Of a stretch of 64,000 bases of DNA, positions 55,901 to 63,806 are shown piece by piece. The position numbers were made by a program, and so were the translations under genes. The stretch comes from Candidatus Nanopelagicales bacterium. GTDB taxonomy: Bacteria > Actinomycetota > Actinomycetes > S36-B12. The notes beneath the pieces were generated by a model, which saw only the letters and a list, made by a program, of their open reading frames with translations, searched no databases and was not told the origin of the DNA. Location of the stretch: assembly GCA_017854795.1 (NCBI GenBank), contig JAFMHB010000003.1:13047-77046 (forward strand), in the 5' to 3' direction. The number at the start of each line of letters is the position of its first letter. Positions within the stretch are counted from its first letter, which is position 1.

Positions 55901-56624
55901 CAAGCGCGACCGATGTTGCAGCGAGAACAAGGTTTGTCATTACCACTGGTTGTAACGTCACCGTAGGCGCAATCAAGACGGCAAACAGTCCTGCTAAGCC
56001 GCTGCCAATCGCCCAGTTAATCAAGGCTACCCGGTTGGGGGATAGACCAAGCGAGGCTGCAACCGTTTCATTCTCCGCAACTGCGGTAGTGCTGAGCCCG
56101 AAACGGGTATAGCGATAAAACAAGTACAGACCGACCGTTATCAAAATGGCAATACCCAACAAGATGAACTTGTCAAGATTGATGCGTGCTCCTAGAACAT
56201 CGATCAAGTCGTTAGGGAATGGTGAGGTGGGTACTTGTGCAACAGAAGTCCAGCGAAGGATGACCAGCGCCTGCAAGGTGAGAAGTACACCCAGGGTTGC
56301 GATCACCTTGACCAAGGCAGATCGTCCAGCTAACGGCCGGATGATAAAGAATTGGACAAGTGCACCTATACCCGCAGAAACCAGAATGCCAACAATCATT
56401 CCTACCCAAAAGGGAGGAACAGGAACTTCCCAGACGAGAAATTTTCCCTTGGTCAGATCCCAAGCCATGTAGGCCCCGACCATGCCAACTGCACCGAGAC
56501 CAAGGTTTAACACGCCGGAACCTCTAAAGATCACGATCAGACCCTGGGCGGCTAAGACGTACAAGGAACCGATCCCTAGCCCTACAAGGGCATATGTGAT
56601 TAATGACTCCACAGTTGACTCCAA
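52977..56624 (-). CDS. Fused LivH-like permease / LivM-like permease / unassigned polytopic domain / LivG-like ATPase (1215 aa)
   Basis: Single uninterrupted ORF. Residues 1-300 are LivH-like. Residues about 310-620 are LivM-like (ITGYAGQLSLAQFA, LLAVRANERAAAALGI). Residues about 636-930 are roughly 10-11 hydrophobic helices with no motif. Residues about 950-1215 are an ABC ATPase (GPNGAGKTS, LSYGKRRLL, LLLDEPAAGL). Confidence 0.85.
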   Translation of the reverse strand: MESTVESLITYALVGLGIGSLYVLAAQGLIVIFRGSGVLNLGLGAVGMVGAYMAWDLTKGKFLVWEVPVPPFWVGMIVGILVSAGIGALVQFFIIRPLAGRSALVKVIATLGVLLTLQALVILRWTSVAQVPTSPFPNDLIDVLGARINLDKFILLGIAILITVGLYLFYRYTRFGLSTTAVAENETVAASLGLSPNRVALINWAIGSGLAGLFAVLIAPTVTLQPVVMTNLVLAATSVALVAGFRSFPVALVAGLLIGMAQTIVQGQITGIPGIGNAVPFLFIVLWLTFRGQGIPARDFVMQRLPSVGTGRMRWPLILAALIVVTTMAFSVSNVWLDGLIITLAAGIMMLSVVVITGYAGQLSLAQFAIGIFGAWVAGRLAATQGWPFLLVLLIGVLATIPLGLLFALPAVRTRGINLAIVTLGLGTVMYVSIFNNQNLTGGTEGTVIAEPTIFGWNIWSASNPLNYFLVVLAFLMLMLLMVSNLRRGRSGRRLLAVRANERAAAALGINVTSAKLYAFGVAAGIAAVGGVLYAFRNTSIRFGNYDNFGSISLIADSMIGGIGYLGGAVMGGTLFGGAFNSRILNSLGDGIEAYIPLISGVGLLLMVLLNQDGIVKELMNNSALVKKYLRDGGSVGKRLMIPVVGLFLAISVLLYDQQDAWWNVFRLTIGLTTLALAVGLQRRDPRGISGRVIFALIAAWVLASQQWSAVYLLMYITMGIATVILLERGPFAQQRIIRLTLLIPFIGALIIYFVEPSSDRLALALVLVTQLVAVWGVVCGDRISVLQEGLALLIPVAVAGILFLAAEQVPLSAFLILMGQVPLVAVVAWRHRSVNIGVGVLVMALPVLASLGFLLLDARAMAVIALLVAQLTFVVAIFRTQTTPRLRMSMFVVGEAVLGAILFFMLTMWPVSVAFALLAVIKLGRGPKTDLPTTYSLPEFGEIVKVPPRTLVTKGLTVRYGGTVAVNSVDLVVRPGRITGLIGPNGAGKTSFIDAVTGFAKIAEGQVTLDDQDITSWSTTKRARSGVGRSFQALELFEDVSVIDNLRAASDPRDFMSFFRDLIYPVEAPLSGAAASAIRDFDLVDDLGLGVDGLSYGKRRLLAIARAVAANPSVLLLDEPAAGLNDHETRELATLVVRLAKEWGMAILLVEHDVNFVMSVCDDITVLDFGTKISDGTPAEVRADHAVISAYLGQEDESSNHETGVMATEKEVQS

Positions 56625-56794
56625 ACATACTCGTTGATTTCACATCAATAATGCTGACCGCGAAACGTATGATCAATTCACATCGATGTTAAGGGGCATT
56701 TAGGGGTTGATCGTGTTGCGTTTACAGGGGAAATTTTGTCCTCTATGAGGATTGAATATTTGTCCTACTTACGTCCGTCTTGTGTCTCAAACAT

Positions 56795-57592
56795 TCATGC
56801 CAGACCTTCTGCGACGTAGTCCTTCACCACCACCCCGAGAGGTAGTGAGAAGTCCACATTTGCCCAAACGGTGCTCAGTATTTTTCCTGCTTCAAAAAGG
56901 TGCCAAGGATCTGTCATGCTGCGTGAAGGGAAGGTGACCGAACCCCGGCCAGAGTACAACTCCGGGCGGCCGTCGGCGGCGGTGTAAAGGTGCGAGGCAA
57001 CCTCCAACGCAACCAACTCTGATGCCGCGGGCTTACGACCGGCCTCTGACGGTGGAATGTGCCGCAACGAGAGGAAAGGCAGCACTTCAAGTTCACTGGG
57101 ATCCGCGATTCGATCCGGAGCGAAGGTGTACGTCATGATCCTTTGACTGGCAGGTCGGTCCGCAGTGAAAATCAACTGCTCCCCGAAAGCTCCGCCCTGT
57201 GCGGTGCCACCCCAGTCCCATTTCATCGTGGCCAACTTCTTTGGGTAACCCCAGATCTCGCGTCCTGCTGCGAGCGGTGCTTCGTTGTCCGTATAAATGA
57301 GAGGCATGTACCAGTACCGAACTCCATTGACTTTCACTCGGACACAGATCCATGCCTCGTTATACGGACCAAATGTTGTCCACGGGTACCAGCACACCAT
57401 TGCGTGGCAGACCGGAATATCCGCATCAGGCTCTACACCCGGGGGCAACATGGAGCGCACCGCGTCTGGATTCGCAGCCTCGTACGTGATCCACGACTGC
57501 TGCGCCTTACGGTATTCATACGGTGGTGGACCGTAGAGCGAACCGCCAAAAGGTGGGGTGAAACCATCTTTGCCTGTGAGTTCCAATGACAT
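56795..57592 (-). CDS. Acetoacetate decarboxylase (ADC) superfamily protein, paralogue 1
   Basis: GPPPYEYR..., AAGREIWGYPKKLA. Similar to the ORFs at 59083 and 63807. Start set at ATG 57592 (GGAG-6 nt-ATG). The ORF track allows 57604. Confidence 0.78.
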   Translation of the reverse strand: MSLELTGKDGFTPPFGGSLYGPPPYEYRKAQQSWITYEAANPDAVRSMLPPGVEPDADIPVCHAMVCWYPWTTFGPYNEAWICVRVKVNGVRYWYMPLIYTDNEAPLAAGREIWGYPKKLATMKWDWGGTAQGGAFGEQLIFTADRPASQRIMTYTFAPDRIADPSELEVLPFLSLRHIPPSEAGRKPAASELVALEVASHLYTAADGRPELYSGRGSVTFPSRSMTDPWHLFEAGKILSTVWANVDFSLPLGVVVKDYVAEGLA

Positions 57593-57644
57593 GTATTTCT
57601 CCATTCTGTGTCGGGGTCGAGATCAAGTCTGCGAACTAAGTTTT

Positions 57645-58400
57645 TTATCGGATGATCGAGCCACCATCAATGGGGATGGTGTGGCCGTGCATGAAGTCGG
57701 CTTCATCACTCGCCAAGAAGCAGACAAGTCGAGCAACATCAATCGGCCGGCCATAACGACCGGCAGGCGCGTCCATGGTCAATTCGTGGAATGGCCCACC
57801 CTCGCAGGTCCAGTCCTTCGTCAATGGAGTCTCGATGACCCCGGGTCCGATTGCGATGGAACGAATACCCAGGTGGCCATAGTCATAGGCCAACTGCTTC
57901 GTCAGTCCTGTCACGCCATGTTTTGCCGAGGTGTATTCCACTCCCGTGGCACTGGCGAGAAAGCCCGACACCGAAGCAATATTGATGATCACTCCTTTGC
58001 CCTTGGCGAGCATTGTGGGAATGACGTATTTCGAGCATAGAAAAACGCCCTTCATGTCAACTCCCATAACAAAATCCCATGACTCTTCCGAAACCTCATG
58101 CACCGGTTTGAGTTCGCCGACGACCCCCGCGTTGTTCACGAGAATGTCGATGGTGCCGAAATGGTCCAGCACCGTGGCCACCATTGATTGAACAGATGCG
58201 CCGTCAGCGACGTCGCCCTGAACAGCAAATGCATCTCCACCAGCTTTGGTTATGAGCGCGACCGTCTCGAGCGCCCCCTCAAGGTTCATGTCCATAACAG
58301 CAATTCGCGAGCCTTCACCCGCAAGCTCTGTAGCTGACTCCCGACCAAGTCCCGACCCTGCACCGGTGATGAGAACTACCTTGTCCTGCAAACCTTTCAC
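57645..58400 (-). CDS. SDR-family oxidoreductase
   Basis: TGAGSGLG, NNAG, YTSAKHGV. Confidence 0.88.
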   Translation of the reverse strand: MKGLQDKVVLITGAGSGLGRESATELAGEGSRIAVMDMNLEGALETVALITKAGGDAFAVQGDVADGASVQSMVATVLDHFGTIDILVNNAGVVGELKPVHEVSEESWDFVMGVDMKGVFLCSKYVIPTMLAKGKGVIINIASVSGFLASATGVEYTSAKHGVTGLTKQLAYDYGHLGIRSIAIGPGVIETPLTKDWTCEGGPFHELTMDAPAGRYGRPIDVARLVCFLASDEADFMHGHTIPIDGGSIIR

Positions 58401-58419
58401 GGCACCTCCATTGTTTTAA

Positions 58420-58433
58420 CTAACGATCGTTAG
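58420..58433. promoter_or_regulatory. Perfect 14-bp palindrome CTAACGATCGTTAG (candidate operator) 20 bp upstream of the SDR start
   Basis: Read directly and self-complementary over all 14 positions. Preceded in the direction of transcription by a GC hairpin CCGGGGA-N9-TCCCCGG at 58447-58469, which could terminate the upstream unit. Confidence 0.4.
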
Positions 58434-58504
58434 CAGACGATAACTGCCGGGGATTGCTCTCGTCCCCGGAACAGAAAAAATAGTGTGAAATGAATATGCC
58501 CACG

Positions 58505-59041
58505 TCAGATCGGGCAGGCCACCGTTTCAAGTTGCAAAACAGCCAAGACTCGACCAAAGCCGATGTATTGGGTTGTCATCATGGCTAGTTCCAGGAAACC
58601 AGCATCACCAAAAGCATCTCGCCAGCGACGTACATCGGCATCCGAAATTGAGTGATGGTCCAGTGCCATTCGCTCAGCGAAGTCGAGGGCCATCTGTTCC
58701 TGATCCGAGAGAGTCGCTAGGCCCGAGACATCTGTTCCTAGCGCGCCGAGTGCCTCTTTCTCAGCAACATCTTCTGGAGTGAGTCGGGCAGACGCGCACG
58801 TCTTGCAACCATTAAGCGTCGCAATGTGCAGCCGCACGAGTTCTTTTAGTCGGGCACTAATGACACCCTTTTCCTTGTGCCAGGGGTAGTAAAACTCGAG
58901 GTAGTCCTCGAGTAAACGTGGCTGCCCCGCAAATGCTTGGGCAACACGCTGTGTTGCCCAGTCGTCCTGCGCAGCGCCGTTATGAAGTACCTGAAGGAAC
59001 GGGTCCAAAGACTCATACTCAGCGAGGGGGATTCGTGACAT
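58505..59041 (-). CDS. Carboxymuconolactone decarboxylase (AhpD-like) family protein
   Basis: 178 aa, all-helical, with a CxxC motif in LNGCKTCASARL typical of the CMD/AhpD fold. Confidence 0.78.
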   Translation of the reverse strand: MSRIPLAEYESLDPFLQVLHNGAAQDDWATQRVAQAFAGQPRLLEDYLEFYYPWHKEKGVISARLKELVRLHIATLNGCKTCASARLTPEDVAEKEALGALGTDVSGLATLSDQEQMALDFAERMALDHHSISDADVRRWRDAFGDAGFLELAMMTTQYIGFGRVLAVLQLETVACPI

Positions 59042-59082
59042 TTCGTACTCCTTAGCAGTTGGTTTTCATGAATATTTAAAAA

Positions 59083-59850
59083 TTATCCTTCGGTATTCAT
59101 TGATGCGTAGTCATCTACCCGTGCAAAAAAATACGGAAGGAAATCAGCCGCGGGGATTGTTGCCAGTGTGCGCGTCTGTGGAATGAGATCACCCTCTTGC
59201 CAAAGTGTGTTGATGACCTCGAGAACAGGAATGGATCCCAAAGGATCATTGATCGTCGATGCCAGTTTCAACTTCCCCGAGCCGGAACGGTCGGCGGTCA
59301 AGGTGACATCAAAGTCTGCGACTGTGAGAATCGGATCAAATTGCAGCCCATTGCCGGATGCATCCGGCATTGCCTTGATATTGAAGTTGGATCCAGTCGT
59401 AACTGAAGGTCCGTTGTCCGTGTCGAATTTCGCCTCTATGCGCATGATTTCGACATTGCCTCGTGTTAACACACCGACGGCATGGTGTGCTCCGCGGTGC
59501 AAACTCACTCCCGCCTGTTTCTTGGGTTCACCAAAAACTTCACGTCCGTAAATGATCGCGGAATCATTGTCCATGTACATGGCTAAGACATACTCGCCGG
59601 AATCATCTCCAAATTTTGCAGGGAGGTAAACCGCTCCGCCGTTGAAGTTTCCAACACAGTTGCTCTGCCAACGTCCCACCATGAATCGAACCGTGTCACC
59701 ATCGGGTACCAAAGGAGCAGGAATTACTTCTGCGAGCCAAGCCGGATCTGTCCGCACAACGATGGACAACATCTCGGAGTTAACAAATCGTGGCTCGGCA
59801 ATAACTGCCAAAACAGCCTCGATCTCCTGTGGAGTTTTTACGTAGCCCAT
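59083..59850 (-). CDS. Acetoacetate decarboxylase (ADC) superfamily protein, paralogue 2
   Basis: IYGREVFGEPKKQA motif. AAGGAGG RBS 5 nt before ATG 59850. The 37-codon extension in the ORF track is unlikely to be real. Confidence 0.78.
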   Translation of the reverse strand: MGYVKTPQEIEAVLAVIAEPRFVNSEMLSIVVRTDPAWLAEVIPAPLVPDGDTVRFMVGRWQSNCVGNFNGGAVYLPAKFGDDSGEYVLAMYMDNDSAIIYGREVFGEPKKQAGVSLHRGAHHAVGVLTRGNVEIMRIEAKFDTDNGPSVTTGSNFNIKAMPDASGNGLQFDPILTVADFDVTLTADRSGSGKLKLASTINDPLGSIPVLEVINTLWQEGDLIPQTRTLATIPAADFLPYFFARVDDYASMNTEG

Positions 59851-60072
59851 CTGTCCTCCTTGTAAGCGGGGAACCGGCAGCTGCCGATAGATGCGATTAT
59901 GAAGTACACCAAGACTCGGTGTCCCGAAATTCCCAAAATTACTCCGACGTCTTCTCAGCAAAATATGTCCTTACCCATGGGTCTCACCCGCAGGGATGAC
60001 GTAATCTGCCAAATTCCTTGACACGAAGGGTGTAGCGCTCCTATCTTTGCCCCACATTGAAAAGGGGTTTAC

Positions 60073-61119
60073 ATGAAAGCAGCAGTTTTCGAAGGTCCCG
60101 AAAAAATCACGATTCACGAGCTTCCGGACCCGGTTGCTGGACCCAATGACATAGTCGTGAAAGTTTCCGAATGCGGAATTTGTGGATCTGATCTGCATTC
60201 CTATCTCGAAGGCGCATTTATTTCCCCTGGCCAGGTCATGGGTCACGAGTTCAGCGGACCGATCACCCAGGTTGGTTCTAACGTTCAAGGCCTCAAGATT
60301 GGTGACCGCGTTACTGCCGTCCCACTTAGTACCTGCGGCCGTTGTCCACGCTGTCTCGAAGGATCCGGCCACTTATGTGAGACGGGACTTGCTTCAAGCG
60401 TCGCCTACGGGCTTCCGGGTGCTTTCGCGGAATACGTTCGCGTGCCCGATGCAATTGTCGGCGGCAATATTCACCTCATCCCGGACAATGTCTCCTATGC
60501 GGCGGCCGCGCTCGTCGAGCCCCTTGCCGTCGGCTTGCACGCGGCAAAGAGCGCTAACCCCGGGCCAACGGATACCTGTGTTGTCATCGGTCTTGGCAGT
60601 ATCGGACTCAACTGTGTCCAAATGCTTAAAGCTTGTGGTGCAGGAACTGTTATTGGCGTTGACATTTCACCGGCAAGACTCAAGTTGGCGCTGGAACTTG
60701 GTGCCGACATCGTGATCAACGGCAAAGAAGTCGATGCGCTCGCGACCGTGCAGGAAATTACCGGAATCGGTGCATATGGCGTAGGTGCCCGCGCTGACAT
60801 CGTGATCGAAGCTTCCGGGGTTCCCTCGCTACTTGCTGATGCAATCTCGATGACACGGGCCGGCGGAAAACTACGTATCGCTGCCCTTTATGAGGGCGTC
60901 GTTCCCATTGATGCAAATCAAATCGTCCAAAAGGAAATGAGCGTGGCCGGCACCTTCGCTTATCGTGGCGAGTTCTCGCAGGTGCTACAGATGCTCTCAT
61001 CCGGACAAGTGACCGCAGAGCCGCTCATCACACACACGTTCAGTCTTGATCAAGCCGCAGATGCCTTCTTGGCACAGATGTCTAAAGACACCTCGATCAA
61101 AGTACAGATTGCACCATAA
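60073..61119 (+). CDS. Zinc-dependent MDR alcohol dehydrogenase (butanediol/sorbitol/threonine dehydrogenase-like)
   Basis: Catalytic zinc motif GICGSDLH...GHEFSG, structural zinc CGRCPRCLEGSGHLC, Rossmann motif VIGLGSIG. Confidence 0.88.
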   Translation: MKAAVFEGPEKITIHELPDPVAGPNDIVVKVSECGICGSDLHSYLEGAFISPGQVMGHEFSGPITQVGSNVQGLKIGDRVTAVPLSTCGRCPRCLEGSGHLCETGLASSVAYGLPGAFAEYVRVPDAIVGGNIHLIPDNVSYAAAALVEPLAVGLHAAKSANPGPTDTCVVIGLGSIGLNCVQMLKACGAGTVIGVDISPARLKLALELGADIVINGKEVDALATVQEITGIGAYGVGARADIVIEASGVPSLLADAISMTRAGGKLRIAALYEGVVPIDANQIVQKEMSVAGTFAYRGEFSQVLQMLSSGQVTAEPLITHTFSLDQAADAFLAQMSKDTSIKVQIAP

Positions 61120-61170
61120 CTGCTAACACTTCACCCGAATATCAACCAACATTATGAAAGCAGAGGGACC

Positions 61171-61962
61171 ATGGGCCGGTTAGAAAATAAAGTGTGTGTC
61201 ATTACCGGAGCGAGCACTGGTATCGGGCGCTCCACTATGGAGCGATTTGCCGCGGAAGGCGCAACGGTCGTGGGCGCCGCACGCACACAGTCAACCCTTG
61301 ATGAAGCACTTGAATCTTCACTCGCACTCGGTGGGACTGGAATGGTTTTTGCGACCGACCTTTCCAAGGAGGCCGGTTGTAAAGCCTTGATCGATGCAGC
61401 AATCGACAAATACGGCCGCATCGATGTCTTGATAAATAATGCCGGTGTCGGCTGGGAGTACGGAATCACTAACCCTGGATCGATGGCAGCCCTTCATGAT
61501 ACAACCCAGGAATGGTGGGATGACGTATTGGCCATCAATCTCACATCGTATTTCAACTGCACTCGATTCACACTGCAGCAAATGATGAAGCAGGAAAGCG
61601 GATCGATCGTCAATGTTGCCAGCATGGCTGGGGTCACCGGACTTTACGATGGCCACACTTATACGGCGGCAAAGGGCGCGATCGTTAACCTGACCCGCTC
61701 ATTGGCCATCACCTATATCAAAAATGGCATCCGATCGAATGTTGTGTGCCCTGGGTTTATCGACACGCCAATGGTGGCAGCGGTAACGCCACTTTTTGAC
61801 GACCCGGACGTCGCGAAGTCGCTAACCCCGATCGCACGCCCGGCTCAGCCTGAAGAAGTTGCAAGCGTCAACCTCTTCTTCGCATCAGATGACTCGTCAT
61901 ACTGCAACGGCTCGGTTCTTCTGGTTGATGGCGGTTGCACAGCTCGTGCATTTGCCTCCTGA
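61171..61962 (+). CDS. SDR-family oxidoreductase
   Basis: TGASTGIG, NNAG, YTAAKGAI. Confidence 0.88.
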   Translation: MGRLENKVCVITGASTGIGRSTMERFAAEGATVVGAARTQSTLDEALESSLALGGTGMVFATDLSKEAGCKALIDAAIDKYGRIDVLINNAGVGWEYGITNPGSMAALHDTTQEWWDDVLAINLTSYFNCTRFTLQQMMKQESGSIVNVASMAGVTGLYDGHTYTAAKGAIVNLTRSLAITYIKNGIRSNVVCPGFIDTPMVAAVTPLFDDPDVAKSLTPIARPAQPEEVASVNLFFASDDSSYCNGSVLLVDGGCTARAFAS

Positions 61963-61972
61963 TAACGCAGTC

Positions 61973-62010
61973 GTAGTTACCCCGGGAAATAAATAACCCG
62001 GGGTAACTAC
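61973..62010 (+). terminator. Perfect 14-bp hairpin after the SDR gene
   Basis: GTAGTTACCCCGGG - AAATAAATAA - CCCGGGGTAACTAC, followed by TTACTC (weak T tract). Confidence 0.65.
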
Positions 62011-62037
62011 TTACTCACATAAAATGAAGAGGCACCG

Positions 62038-62787
62038 ATGAGTTCGTCAGTACAACTTGCTGGAGTAATTAACTTTCGCGACGTGGGGGGTGTTCCTGTT
62101 GGTTCGGATCACCACATCGCTTATGGGCGTCTTTTTCGCAGCGACACACTTCAGTTCCTCACCCCCGAAGACATAAATATCCTCGTCGATTCCATTGGAT
62201 TGAAAACGGATATTGACCTGCGTCTCACTTTCGAAATCGAGGTTGAGGGCCGTGGACTACTCGGCGAAACCGACGTGGTGCTCGCACACCTGCCATTTCA
62301 AGTCCCGTCAGCCCAGACAGCCGGTTCGGCTACTCCCATCCTGCAAGGCCACGATCCCGTTGTTTCCCATTACGTGAACTACCTGAATCACTCACCTCAG
62401 TCAGTTTCCGGACTCATCCAACTGCTCGCAAAGCCGCAAAGCCTGCCAGCGTTGATTCATTGTGCCGCAGGAAAGGATCGAACGGGCATCGCTGTCGCCA
62501 TGACATTGGCCGCAGTGGGATGCAGCATTGAAGACATCGCGGCCGAGTACGCCTTGGGCGCACATCTGATTCCTGCGGTCATGAACCAATTGCGCACCAT
62601 GGAGTCCTACGGCGAATCTCTCTCGAAACTCCCACCCGAAGCGAACCTCACGCCACCGGAGTACATCGAACGATTCTTCATAGAAATCCGAAATACCTAT
62701 GGTGGACCGCTGGACTACCTCCGCCTACACGGTGTCCCTGACGCAGAACTTGAAGCACTGTCACAGGCACTAACCGTTAGAAATTAA
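62038..62787 (+). CDS. Cys-X5-Arg tyrosine/dual-specificity-type phosphatase (Y_phosphatase3-like)
   Basis: N-terminal NFRDVGG and P-loop HCAAGKDRTG. Confidence 0.8.
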   Translation: MSSSVQLAGVINFRDVGGVPVGSDHHIAYGRLFRSDTLQFLTPEDINILVDSIGLKTDIDLRLTFEIEVEGRGLLGETDVVLAHLPFQVPSAQTAGSATPILQGHDPVVSHYVNYLNHSPQSVSGLIQLLAKPQSLPALIHCAAGKDRTGIAVAMTLAAVGCSIEDIAAEYALGAHLIPAVMNQLRTMESYGESLSKLPPEANLTPPEYIERFFIEIRNTYGGPLDYLRLHGVPDAELEALSQALTVRN

Positions 62788-62822
62788 CAAACCGAGAACT
62801 CACGAGGCGCACACAAGACGTA

Positions 62823-62868
62823 AGGGCGGGATTGGGTATTCACCCGCTCCCGCCCTCACGTTTGTTTT
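62823..62868 (+). terminator. Hairpin plus T-rich tail after the phosphatase gene
   Basis: AGGGCGGGA / TCCCGCCCT 9-bp stem with an inner GGGT/ACCC pairing, then CACGTTTGTTTT. Confidence 0.55.
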
Positions 62869-62897
62869 AGTGTTTAAATGCATTATTGATTCAGCGT

Positions 62898-63686
62898 TTA
62901 TGAGCTTGCGGTAAACCCACCATCGACAGCAAGAACTGAACCGTTGACATAGGTTGACATATCCGAGGCCAAGTAGAGCATCGCATCTGCGATTTCTTCT
63001 GGTCGCCCGGTGCGTCCCATGGGACAACCCCACGATGCCTTTGTTTCTTCAGCGTTGAGGTATTCCGTGTACTCCGCGATCATTGGCGTATCGATGTACC
63101 CGGGGGCCAACGTGTTGCTGCGCACGTTGAACGGGCCATAGGTTTTTGCCAAAGATCGGGTCAAGTTGATGATCGCACCTTTTGCCGTTGTGTAAGCGTG
63201 GGCATCATGATGTCCCACCATGCCCAAGATGCTTGCCACGTTGATGATCGAGCCGCTGCCCTGTTCGATCATGAGGGGAAGAGCTCGACGACACCCATAG
63301 ACAACCGAACCGAGGTTGATTCCCATGACGTGATCCCACTCATCAAGTGGTGCTTCATGAAGTGCGAGCATGCTGTTAGGGCGCACCTGGCGATAGCCGT
63401 AGCCGACACCCGCATTATTAATTAAGACATCAAGTTTCCCGAATTCAGTGATGGCTGCATCAATAACGCGACCTACTTGAGCATCGTCGCTTAAGTCACC
63501 GGCGACGGCAACAACTGAACCGCCCGCAGCATTAACTTCGGCGACGGCCGCTGCAAGGGTGGATTCGGTGCGCGAGCACGCAATAATCTGTGCACCCTCT
63601 TCGCTCAACTTCGCCATTGTGGCTCGGCCAAGGCCGGTGCTGGCCCCCGTGAGAACAACTGACTTACCTGCCATTAAATTTCCCAT
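62898..63686 (-). CDS. SDR-family oxidoreductase
   Basis: TGASTGLG, NNAG, YTTAKGAI. Alternative start at ATG 63674. Confidence 0.88.
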   Translation of the reverse strand: MGNLMAGKSVVLTGASTGLGRATMAKLSEEGAQIIACSRTESTLAAAVAEVNAAGGSVVAVAGDLSDDAQVGRVIDAAITEFGKLDVLINNAGVGYGYRQVRPNSMLALHEAPLDEWDHVMGINLGSVVYGCRRALPLMIEQGSGSIINVASILGMVGHHDAHAYTTAKGAIINLTRSLAKTYGPFNVRSNTLAPGYIDTPMIAEYTEYLNAEETKASWGCPMGRTGRPEEIADAMLYLASDMSTYVNGSVLAVDGGFTASS

Positions 63687-63806
63687 TAGTCCTACCTTTT
63701 CTCGCTAAAGTGATGTCTCGAACGCCCATAGACGTCAGTAATTAGTCACAGTGTGAAGGCTCACTAACAATCCGTCAAGCAATTTGATCAAACTAGTTGG
63801 GTGTAT

